A DNA stretch of 43,243 nucleotides, taken from contig CAIZYV010000065.1 in the NCBI GenBank assembly GCA_903937325.1, forward strand, positions 1 to 43,243, written 5' to 3'. Below the pieces are notes generated by a model. That model searched no databases, was not told the DNA's origin, and saw only the letters and a list, made by a program, of their open reading frames with translations. A program made the position numbers and the translations under genes. This DNA comes from Candidatus Falkowbacteria bacterium (lineage in GTDB: Bacteria; Patescibacteriota; Patescibacteriia; Patescibacteriales; UBA12465). The number at the start of each line of letters is the position of its first letter. The stretch's first letter is position 1. This document shows positions 1-6,790 of the stretch, in pieces.

Positions 1-1017
1 AATGCCACACCCACGCTGAAAACCTAAATCACGTTGCCAAAGTTCTGGATTCTGCCACAACATGACGGCACCAGCCAAAAATAAAGGAGTCCAAGCCGAA
101 GATAGACGCCCGCGACGCCAAGTATAAAGCATAATACTACCCATCAGCAATGAGCGCCAAGCAGAAGCTTGAGATCCGCTTAAAACGACATACGCGGAAG
201 CTAAAAACAAAGACGGCCAAGCGGCTTGATTCTTATTTAAACCAAAATAGATAAATAAACCGAGCAAAAGATTAAGAAATAAACTAATATGGCCGCCGGA
301 AATAGCGACTAAATGGCTTAAGCCCGCTTTTTGAAAATTTACCTCTTCTTTTGGGTATAAAGTTTTTTTATAGCCCAGAAGAAGAGCGGCAGCTAACCCA
401 GCGGCAGGCTCCGGCAAGGCCGCATTTATCTGGAGTAAGGCCTGTCGTTTAATAAACAAAAGAGAACGCATTAATTTCTGGCCGCCTGCCTGATTTTCAG
501 CCTGCAAAATCTGTGGCCAAACACAAAGACCACCGACACCCTTGGCCGCTAGATAAGCGGCGTAATCGAAATCGGCAAAAACTGGCGGCTTTTCCAAGCG
601 GCAGCGAACGCTAAGTTTATCGCCATAAAATACGCGCGGATAAAGAGGTAAATTAGCCGCTACTTTTTCCCTGCTCGCCCCCTGAGAAAAAGAAGGGCTT
701 AAAGGACACAAAACAACTATTTGTTTATCCCAAGCCGGCTCCGGATCGGCACAAACTTGAAAATTCCAAATCTCTGTCCGCGTAAAATAAGAACGTAAAT
801 AAATATCTACTGGAAAGACGTTCTGCGCTCGCCAAAAACCGACACTCAGGCAAAATAAGAAAAAACAAACATAGCGCCAGCGCGGCCGAGTACGACTAAT
901 AAGAGTTAAAAGCAAAAAAAATAAGGGCCAAAAACGCGGCCAAGACCAAACAAAAAAAGTAGACCCGAAAAGTCCAAAGAAAAAAGCGCCAAGATACCAA
1001 AAAAGAGATGGAGCCAT
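1..1017 (-). CDS. comEC: ComEC/Rec2-family DNA internalisation channel, N-terminal part (3' end runs off the window start)
   Basis: Absent from the supplied ORF track because it is truncated. My own minus-strand translation from the ATG at 1017-1015 gives MAPSLFWYLGAFFFGLFGSTFFVWSWPRFWPLFFLLLTLISRTRPRW... and stays open to position 1. It has a hydrophobic N-terminus, then a soluble stretch, then ...QKAGLSHLVAISGGHISLFLNLLLG. That last segment resembles the conserved SHLxAISGxH segment of the ComEC competence domain. Confidence 0.7.
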   Translation of the reverse strand, partial: MAPSLFWYLGAFFFGLFGSTFFVWSWPRFWPLFFLLLTLISRTRPRWRYVCFFLFCLSVGFWRAQNVFPVDIYLRSYFTRTEIWNFQVCADPEPAWDKQIVVLCPLSPSFSQGASREKVAANLPLYPRVFYGDKLSVRCRLEKPPVFADFDYAAYLAAKGVGGLCVWPQILQAENQAGGQKLMRSLLFIKRQALLQINAALPEPAAGLAAALLLGYKKTLYPKEEVNFQKAGLSHLVAISGGHISLFLNLLLGLFIYFGLNKNQAAWPSLFLASAYVVLSGSQASAWRSLLMGSIMLYTWRRGRLSSAWTPLFLAGAVMLWQNPELWQRDLGFQRGCGI

Positions 1018-1023
1018 CTCTTT

Positions 1024-1029
1024 ATTATA
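1024..1029 (-). promoter_or_regulatory. Putative -10 box (TATAAT) exactly 6 nt upstream of the comEC ATG
   Basis: The minus strand reads TATAAT-aaagag-ATG. No Shine-Dalgarno sequence fits in the gap. The -35 element is weak or unclear. Confidence 0.3.
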
Positions 1030-1068
1030 TAAATCAAGCTTAAATTCTAAATAAACGCGCCGACGCTC

Positions 1069-2166
1069 TTAAGAATTATCCCGTCGCCAATGTAAATAAG
1101 CGGCAATAAAATCTTCCAAGCGTCCATCCATAACTGCCTCGACGTTTGTCTCCTCAAAATTACTACGATGGTCTTTAACAAGCCGATTACCATAAAACCA
1201 ATAAGAGCGCACTTGCTGGCCCCATTCGGCCTTAACCACGCCGCCCTTCAGACGCCTTTCTTCCTCCTCCTTTTTCTGCAATTCCCGTTGTACTAATTTT
1301 GCTCTTAAGACCGAAAAAGCATTTTCTTTATTTTGATGCTGAGAGCGTTCACTTTGACAGCTAACCGTAATGCCAGTCGGTAAATGAACCAGACGCACGG
1401 CCGAGTCGGTAGTATTCACACTCTGTCCGCCTGGACCGCTGGAGCGAAAAACATCCAAACGGATATCTTCATCTTTAATAACTATGGCGGCGGCGGGAAT
1501 ATCCGGAATCACCTCGACCGAAGCGAAAGAAGTTTGGCGCAAACCATCGGCGTTAAAAGGAGAATTACGCAATAAACGGTGAGTACCATTTTCGCTTTTC
1601 AAATTACCATAAGCGCGCAGACCGCTTAATCTCATCATAACACTCTTAATACCAGCTTCATTACCGCTCAAACGATCAATAATTTCCGCTTTAAAGCCTT
1701 GGCTTTCGGCAAAACGTAAATACATTCTTTCTAGCATCTGCGCCCAATCCTGCGCATCAACTCCACCTGTGCCAGCATTAATACTAAGCAAAGCATCTTG
1801 ATCATCGTAAGGGCCGGTATAAAGTGAGGCCGTCTCTAAACGGCTCAAGTCCTTAGCTAAAGAAACAGCTTTTAAGGATAAATCAGCTAGCAACAGCTGA
1901 TCATTTTCCGCCTCCGCCAAGGATGCTAATTCCCGAGCCTCTTTTAAAGAAGCGGCTAAAAGCAGCCATTGCTGGTAATCTTTCTGCAATGTTTCCGCCC
2001 GACGACTAATTTTAACCGCTTGCACCTGATCCTGCCAAAAATCCGATGCCTCCATTTTTAAACGCAAACTATCGGCCTCAATCTTTAAAAGATCGACGCC
2101 CAAAAGTACCGCTAATTCGCGACGGCGTTCATCTAAACTATTAAAAATATTTTCCAGATTATCCAT
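1069..2166 (-). CDS. prfB: Peptide chain release factor 2
   Basis: SPF tripeptide (LLRNSPFNADG) and GGQ motif (SSGPGGQSVNTTDSAVRLVHLPTG). It is a single uninterrupted 365-aa ORF. Confidence 0.9.
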   Translation of the reverse strand: MDNLENIFNSLDERRRELAVLLGVDLLKIEADSLRLKMEASDFWQDQVQAVKISRRAETLQKDYQQWLLLAASLKEARELASLAEAENDQLLLADLSLKAVSLAKDLSRLETASLYTGPYDDQDALLSINAGTGGVDAQDWAQMLERMYLRFAESQGFKAEIIDRLSGNEAGIKSVMMRLSGLRAYGNLKSENGTHRLLRNSPFNADGLRQTSFASVEVIPDIPAAAIVIKDEDIRLDVFRSSGPGGQSVNTTDSAVRLVHLPTGITVSCQSERSQHQNKENAFSVLRAKLVQRELQKKEEEERRLKGGVVKAEWGQQVRSYWFYGNRLVKDHRSNFEETNVEAVMDGRLEDFIAAYLHWRRDNS

Positions 2167-2184
2167 ATAAAAACATAGTACTAT

Positions 2185-2217
2185 AAAAAAATGCCCCCGT
2201 AAACAGGGACATTTTTA
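2185..2217 (-). terminator. Putative intrinsic terminator after rpsI
   Basis: The minus strand reads aaaaATGTCCCtgtttacGGGGGCATttttttt. The stem is GC-containing but imperfect, with one mismatch, and is followed by a 7-T run. It lies 25 nt past the rpsI stop. Confidence 0.45.
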
Positions 2218-2241
2218 GAAAAAAGGTAAAAATGATAAAAA

Positions 2242-2778
2242 TTAGCGCTTGCTCCACTGCGGTCTCTTTCTGGCACCCTTGAAACCGGGTTTCTTTCTTT
2301 CTTTCTTGCGCGGATCACGAGTTAAAAATTTATTAACTTTTAAAGCTTCTTTAAGCAAGGGGTCGAGAATCATTAAAGCTCGAGAAATACCGTGACGGCA
2401 AGCTTCAATTTGACCAGTAACACCACCACCTTTAACAATAATAGAAAAATTCAAATCACGAACATGACCAGTAGCCTTTAAAGACTGAGTAACAATATTA
2501 AGACCTTCGCCAACAAAATATTGAGAGCCCTTCTTACCATTAATCATAATGGCACCCTTACCATCTTTATACATGCGCACTTGAGCAACGGAAGTCTTAC
2601 GACGGCCGACAGTTTTAATATATTCACCGGTAAATTCAACATTTTCCCAAGACGGCGATTCCTTAACAGCTTCTTCAGCTACTATTTTCTTCGCTTTTGT
2701 GGCCTCTTTAGTGACCTCTTCAACAGTTTCCTCGGCCACCGTTTTTTTTACTTTGCTAGTTTTTAATTTCGTTTCCAT
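2242..2778 (-). CDS. rpsI: 30S ribosomal protein S9 with a Lys/Glu-rich N-terminal extension of about 50 aa
   Basis: Core motifs GRRKTSVAQVRM, GGGVTGQIEACRHGISRAL and C-terminal RKKPGFKGARKRPQWSKR. Length is 178 aa against about 130 for typical S9. Confidence 0.9.
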   Translation of the reverse strand: METKLKTSKVKKTVAEETVEEVTKEATKAKKIVAEEAVKESPSWENVEFTGEYIKTVGRRKTSVAQVRMYKDGKGAIMINGKKGSQYFVGEGLNIVTQSLKATGHVRDLNFSIIVKGGGVTGQIEACRHGISRALMILDPLLKEALKVNKFLTRDPRKKERKKPGFKGARKRPQWSKR

Positions 2779-2787
2779 AGAATGAGA

Positions 2788-3144
2788 TTATCTAATAATT
2801 AAGCGCTTCATCTGCGCATCGCGCAGCTTGGTCGGGGGTAGCATCTGCTTAACCGCTCGGCGCAAAACTTCTCCCGGATCCTTACTAAAGACTTCGGACA
2901 TTCTTTTTGTCTTTAAACCGCTGAGATAACCAGAAAAACTGAAATATTTCTTCTGTAAAAGCTTTTTGCCACTAAAAGACATTTTCGAAGCATTAATAAC
3001 TTCGACAATATCGCCGCCATCGATGTGAGGCAAAAATTCTGGCTTGTTTTTTCCGCGCAGAATCATAGCGATCTGGCTGGCTAGACGGCCGGAGGCCTGA
3101 TCACTAGCGTCAATTTTATGGATTTTTCTTTCAATTTTATTCAT
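2788..3144 (-). CDS. rplM: 50S ribosomal protein L13 (short form)
   Basis: ASGRLASQIAMILRGKNKPEFLPHIDGGDIVEVINA is the L13 signature region. I moved the start to the ATG at 3144 (MNKIERK). The track start at 3192 would overlap rplQ. Confidence 0.85.
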   Translation of the reverse strand: MNKIERKIHKIDASDQASGRLASQIAMILRGKNKPEFLPHIDGGDIVEVINASKMSFSGKKLLQKKYFSFSGYLSGLKTKRMSEVFSKDPGEVLRRAVKQMLPPTKLRDAQMKRLIIR

Positions 3145-3160
3145 ATTGATTGCGCGTAAA

Positions 3161-3511
3161 TTAAACGAGTTCGATCTGCACCATTTCGGCACCGTCGCCT
3201 TGGCGCGGACCGAGTTTAGTCATGCGCGTATAGCCACCCGGACGATTAAAATAACGCTGACCTAAAACTTCCATCGCTTTTTTAACAGCATTTTTTTGAA
3301 GCAAAACCTTAATCAAGCCTCGACGAGCATTCAAATCACCAACCTTAGCAGAGGTAATCATTCTTTCTACTAGAGGGCGGACGACTAAGGCTTTCGCTTT
3401 GGTGGTCTTTACTTTTTCATAAATCAGGATGCTTGAGGCTAAATTACGGAGCATTAACTCACGTGGCCCTTTGGCACGATCCAAGATTTTATTCGCATTT
3501 TTATGACGCAT
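3161..3511 (-). CDS. rplQ: 50S ribosomal protein L17
   Basis: MRHKNANKILDRAKGPRELMLRNLASSILIYEKVKTTKAKA is a typical L17 N-terminus. The gene sits directly after rpoA, as in the alpha operon. Confidence 0.9.
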   Translation of the reverse strand: MRHKNANKILDRAKGPRELMLRNLASSILIYEKVKTTKAKALVVRPLVERMITSAKVGDLNARRGLIKVLLQKNAVKKAMEVLGQRYFNRPGGYTRMTKLGPRQGDGAEMVQIELV

Positions 3512-3538
3512 ATATTAAGAGTATTAGATAAGAAGCGT

Positions 3539-4345
3539 TTATTTCTTACTTTTCTTTTTTGTCGGCTTAACCGCATCTTCAACGGGGACGACCGCTTCTT
3601 CTTCAGTATTTAAAAGAGCGTCTTGAACCTCTTCTTCTAAAATCGGGGCCGATTCTAAAGATTGAGGCAAAAGCGCGCTGAACTGATCGACTAAAATTTG
3701 AGCCGCTTGATTAAAAGCTTCCATCGGGCTCAAAGTACCATCGGTGCGAAGATCAATCAGGAGCTTGTCCCAATTAGTCATCTTACCAACACGAGTATTT
3801 TCTACATCTAAGCTAACAGCCAACACCGGAGAAAAGATAGAATCAATTTCGATATAGCCTAATTCATTGTTTTCCCGCTTAGCACCTTCGCTCAAACGAT
3901 AACCACGGCCAGGGCGAGCAACTATCTCTACTTCCAAAAAAGCTTTTTCTTCGGTCAAAGTGGCTAAAACTAATTCTGGATTTTCTATTTCTACCTGACT
4001 GCTCTTAGTAATATCGGCAGCGGTGACAACTTTTTTGCCTTTAACTTTTAATTCCAAGCGAAGCTCTTCATCACCATGTATTTTCAAGCGCAATTGCTTG
4101 ATATTCAACATAATCTCCAAAACATCTTCCTGAATACCAGGGATAGTCATAAATTCATGACTCGCACCTTTGATTTTTACACCAACAACAGCGGCTCCCG
4201 GTAAAGAAGATAAGAGTACACGGCGTAAAGAATTACCCAAAGTCATGCCGTAGCCAGGATATAAAGGCTCAACGGTAATTACTCCTTCGTTTGCATTCTT
4301 CCCCGCAAGGAAATCTACTTTTTTTGGCAAAGCGATATTTTCCAT
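3539..4345 (-). CDS. rpoA: DNA-directed RNA polymerase alpha subunit, N-terminal (assembly) domain only
   Basis: VEPLYPGYGMTLGNSLRRVLLSSLPGAAV is the alpha-NTD signature. The start is placed at ATG 4345 (MENIALPK). The protein is 268 aa and ends in an acidic linker plus KKKSKK, with no HhH alpha-CTD. Confidence 0.85.
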   Translation of the reverse strand: MENIALPKKVDFLAGKNANEGVITVEPLYPGYGMTLGNSLRRVLLSSLPGAAVVGVKIKGASHEFMTIPGIQEDVLEIMLNIKQLRLKIHGDEELRLELKVKGKKVVTAADITKSSQVEIENPELVLATLTEEKAFLEVEIVARPGRGYRLSEGAKRENNELGYIEIDSIFSPVLAVSLDVENTRVGKMTNWDKLLIDLRTDGTLSPMEAFNQAAQILVDQFSALLPQSLESAPILEEEVQDALLNTEEEAVVPVEDAVKPTKKKSKK

Positions 4346-4427
4346 AAAAACATATACCAGCAACGCGCAGTTATACATCAGCCCCGTCGAAACGGTTCCG
4401 ACGCCTCCTCAGCGCGCTAGGCGGCAA

Positions 4428-5060
4428 TTATTTTGAATAATATTCGATGATCATCTGCACATTAATATTTGTTGGCAGATCGTTATCAGCTGGTTCATGC
4501 AAAACCTTTGCCTTTAAATCGGCAGCTTGCAGATTCAACCAGGCCGGCATTTCCGCTTTTTTCAATCTTTCGCTGATCTGCTTGAAATATGGACTCTTAC
4601 GGCTACGAGCACGAACGGAAATTTCTTGTCCCTGTTTAACGATATAGGAAGCAATATCAGTTTTCACATCATTAACGGCAAAATGACCATGGTTTACTAA
4701 TTGACGAGCCTGATTTCTTGACGTGGCAAAACCAAGACGGAAAATAACATTATCCAAGCGCATTTCTAACAAGCGTAAAAAATTCTTACCGGAATCACCA
4801 GGTTTCTTTGAAGCCTTTTCGAAGGTCAAGCGAAATTGCTTTTCCATCACGTTATAATACTTCTTCGCTTTCTGTTTTTCCATCAGCTGAGTACCATAAT
4901 CACTTAATTTACGGCGACCACGAGTCGGGCCATGAAATCCCGGAGGATAATTACGCTTAACCATGGCGCATTTCGGAGTATTACACCGCTCGCCTTTTAA
5001 GAATAATTTTTCGCCGACACGGCGACATTGCTGACAGCTACTGTCTAAATTTCTTCCCAT
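4428..5060 (-). CDS. rpsD: 30S ribosomal protein S4
   Basis: N-terminal Cys cluster (CQQCRR...C..PKC) and an S4 RNA-binding domain (LEMRLDNVIFRLGFATSRNQARQLVNHGHFAVN). Confidence 0.9.
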   Translation of the reverse strand: MGRNLDSSCQQCRRVGEKLFLKGERCNTPKCAMVKRNYPPGFHGPTRGRRKLSDYGTQLMEKQKAKKYYNVMEKQFRLTFEKASKKPGDSGKNFLRLLEMRLDNVIFRLGFATSRNQARQLVNHGHFAVNDVKTDIASYIVKQGQEISVRARSRKSPYFKQISERLKKAEMPAWLNLQAADLKAKVLHEPADNDLPTNINVQMIIEYYSK

Positions 5061-5123
5061 ATTGATGTTTTATTCAGATCCCTCGACTAAGCTCGGGATG
5101 ACAGTTTAATTACTTAAATAAAC

Positions 5124-5738
5124 TTATACTCTTCTCGGCTTCTTCGGGCGGCAACCATTGTGAGGCACTGGAGTAGTATCCTTAATTGCTGATACTTCTA
5201 AACCATTGGCGTTTAAAGCGCGGATAGCTGCTTCTCTACCTGTACCGACTCCGGAAACAAAAACGCTAACTTCTTGCAAACCATATTCTTCTTTAGCTTT
5301 CTGGACAGCAATCTTGGTAATAATCTGAGCAGCATAAGGAGTCGCTTTTTTAGCGCCCTTAAAACCGGCCATGCCAGCACTCGCCCAAGAAATAACGTCA
5401 CCGTTAGCATCAGCTAAAGTAACCATGGTGTTATTATAAGTCGCATTGATATAAGCGTTGCCGACTTTAACCGTACGAGCAGCACGCTTTTTACGTTTTT
5501 TTACCAATTTCTTTTTAGCGCGCGCCTGCTTATTCTTTTCTAATTTTTGCTTGATTTCTTCCGGCAATTCTTCATCAGCTCCGGAATCTAAAGAAAAAGC
5601 CGGACCTTCATCGCGATCATCATCAGCATCTTCTGCAACGGCGGCTTTAGCCTGAACCGGAGCGACTGATGCATCAGTAGAAACAGGGGCGATTGCCGCA
5701 TTTTCTTCTTCAAGTTTTAAATTCTTTTCTTCGGACAT
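5124..5738 (-). CDS. rpsK: 30S ribosomal protein S11 with an acidic/Ala-rich N-terminal extension of about 75-80 aa
   Basis: Core [44 protein letters not shown] and C-terminal [16 protein letters not shown]. Length is 204 aa against about 130 for typical S11. Confidence 0.9.
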   Translation of the reverse strand: MSEEKNLKLEEENAAIAPVSTDASVAPVQAKAAVAEDADDDRDEGPAFSLDSGADEELPEEIKQKLEKNKQARAKKKLVKKRKKRAARTVKVGNAYINATYNNTMVTLADANGDVISWASAGMAGFKGAKKATPYAAQIITKIAVQKAKEEYGLQEVSVFVSGVGTGREAAIRALNANGLEVSAIKDTTPVPHNGCRPKKPRRV

Positions 5739-5778
5739 AGTACTTTATTGATAAATTAATCGAAAGGGTGTCTAAGAC

Positions 5779-6171
5779 CTAGGTCTTTAAACCCGCCTTA
5801 GCACGACCACTCACAGCTGTTAAACGCTTATTACCGCGAACAGTACGACTGTTAGTCTTGGTGCGTTGGCCGCGAACAGGCAAATTACGCATATGGCGTA
5901 GACCGCGATAGCAACCGATTTCTTTCAATCGCTTGATATTGCTCGCGACTTCGCGACGCAAATCGCCTTCGACGGTATGCTTTTTTTCAATTTGTTCACG
6001 CAGAAGATTAGCTTCTTCCTCCTTCAAGTCTTTGACTTTCGTCTCTGGCTTGATATTGACCGCCGCTAAAATCTTCTTCGCTCGGCTGTTGCCGATGCCG
6101 TAGATATAAGTTATAGAGATATCAACTCGTTTGTCGTTGGGGATGCTTACACCCGCAATTCTAATAGCCAT
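5779..6171 (-). CDS. rpsM: 30S ribosomal protein S13
   Basis: [35 protein letters not shown] and [24 protein letters not shown]. Confidence 0.9.
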   Translation of the reverse strand: MAIRIAGVSIPNDKRVDISITYIYGIGNSRAKKILAAVNIKPETKVKDLKEEEANLLREQIEKKHTVEGDLRREVASNIKRLKEIGCYRGLRHMRNLPVRGQRTKTNSRTVRGNKRLTAVSGRAKAGLKT

Positions 6172-6217
6172 AATAATAAATGTTTAGATTCCGCTAATAG
6201 CGAATCCTAATGCTTAG

Positions 6218-6331
6218 TTATCCTTGTCTTTGCTTATGCTTGGGATTTTTACAGATCACATACACGCGGCCTTTGCGGCGGACAGTCTTACAATCCTTGC
6301 AGATTTTTTTAGCACTCGCTCTTACTTTCAT
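6218..6331 (-). CDS. rpmJ: 50S ribosomal protein L36
   Basis: Below the ORF-track size cut-off. My own translation gives [37 protein letters not shown] followed by a stop (37 aa). It sits between infA and rpsM, as in the canonical operon. Confidence 0.85.
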   Translation of the reverse strand: MKVRASAKKICKDCKTVRRKGRVYVICKNPKHKQRQG

Positions 6332-6388
6332 AAAGTAATAGAAAAAATATAAATAAAATGGGTTAAATCTAAATTAAAGCGCTTGTTA

Positions 6389-6646
6389 TTAGAGGCGGAA
6401 AACAACCCGGCCTTTAGTCAGATCGTAGGGGCTAATCTGCAAGCGTACGCGATCACCGGGAAGAAGGCGAATTTTATTCATTCTCATCTTACCGGAAAGA
6501 TGTGCCAATATTTCATGGCTGCTATCAAGCTTAACACGAAAAGTAGCGGCGGGCATAAGTTCTAACACTTCTCCCTGCATTTCTAAAAAATCTTTGGCAT
6601 TCAAAGTTTCCGTGGTCTCTTGATTTTTAGCTTTATGTTTTGACAT
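6389..6646 (-). CDS. infA: Translation initiation factor IF-1
   Basis: MQGEVLELMPAATFRVKLDSSHEILAHLSGKMRMNKIRLLPGDRVRLQISPYDLTKGRVVFR is the S1-like IF-1 fold. I prefer the ATG at 6646 to the GTG at 6652. The N-terminal extension is about 15 aa. Confidence 0.9.
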   Translation of the reverse strand: MSKHKAKNQETTETLNAKDFLEMQGEVLELMPAATFRVKLDSSHEILAHLSGKMRMNKIRLLPGDRVRLQISPYDLTKGRVVFRL

Positions 6647-6659
6647 TAACACAAAAAAA

Positions 6660-6690
6660 TTTGATAAAGACAGACTCTAGCCTTATCAAA
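6660..6690 (-). promoter_or_regulatory. Terminator-like or leader hairpin abutting the infA start
   Basis: The minus-strand RNA forms UUUGAUAAGG-(11 nt loop)-CUUUAUCAAA, a 10-bp stem with one G.U pair. It is followed by UUUUUUU and then GUG/AUG of infA. The stem is AT-rich and therefore weak. Confidence 0.35.
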
Positions 6691-6738
6691 ATTTTTGAAA
6701 TATTCCTGTTTAATCTTTATTCGATGCTCAATGGCAAT

Positions 6739-6767
6739 AGTATATAGACAAGCGTGACAATTGTCAA
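6739..6767 (-). promoter_or_regulatory. Sigma70-like promoter for the infA/alpha operon
   Basis: The minus strand reads TTGACA (6767-6762), a 17-nt spacer, then TATACT (6744-6739). The -35 lies inside a perfect 12-bp palindrome, TGACAATTGTCA (6755-6766). Confidence 0.45.
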
Positions 6768-6790
6768 TACTAGGGCGTCAAGACGTCTCT

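Noticed and set aside
1069-2166. Possible programmed +1 frameshift in prfB, or an alternative genetic code (UGA read as Gly).
   Set aside because: prfB is one uninterrupted ORF from its ATG, with no in-frame TGA near codon 25. RF2 with SPF and GGQ motifs is encoded, and TGA terminates otherwise complete ORFs (19257 and 22517). Standard code 11 fits.
3145-3192. Longer 5' extensions offered by the ORF track for rplM (3192), rpoA (4378), murG (15427, TTG), GT4 (20242), the UXS-like gene (23685), infA (6652, GTG), lemA (40286, TTG) and the first cassette ORF (11626, TTG).
   Set aside because: Each extension overlaps the preceding gene or uses a non-ATG codon, and each adds non-conserved residues ahead of the family's normal N-terminus. 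An in-frame ATG sits at the expected position in every case. The apparent N-terminal TM segment of the UXS-like enzyme is part of this artefact.
5061-5123. A hairpin-like string (ATCCCTCGACTAAGCTCGGGAT) between rpsK and rpsD considered as a regulatory element.
   Set aside because: Only 5 bp pair cleanly before a mismatch, and there is no adjacent T-run or conserved motif. This is too weak to call.
6653-6790. A tRNA or other small RNA gene in the largest intergenic gaps (6653-6790, 11538-11682, 25631-25726, 27960-28078).
   Set aside because: No cloverleaf-compatible arms or T-loop-like GTTCRAnnC box are visible. The gaps are AT-rich and are better explained by promoters and leaders. This was judged by eye only; tRNAscan/Infernal was not run.
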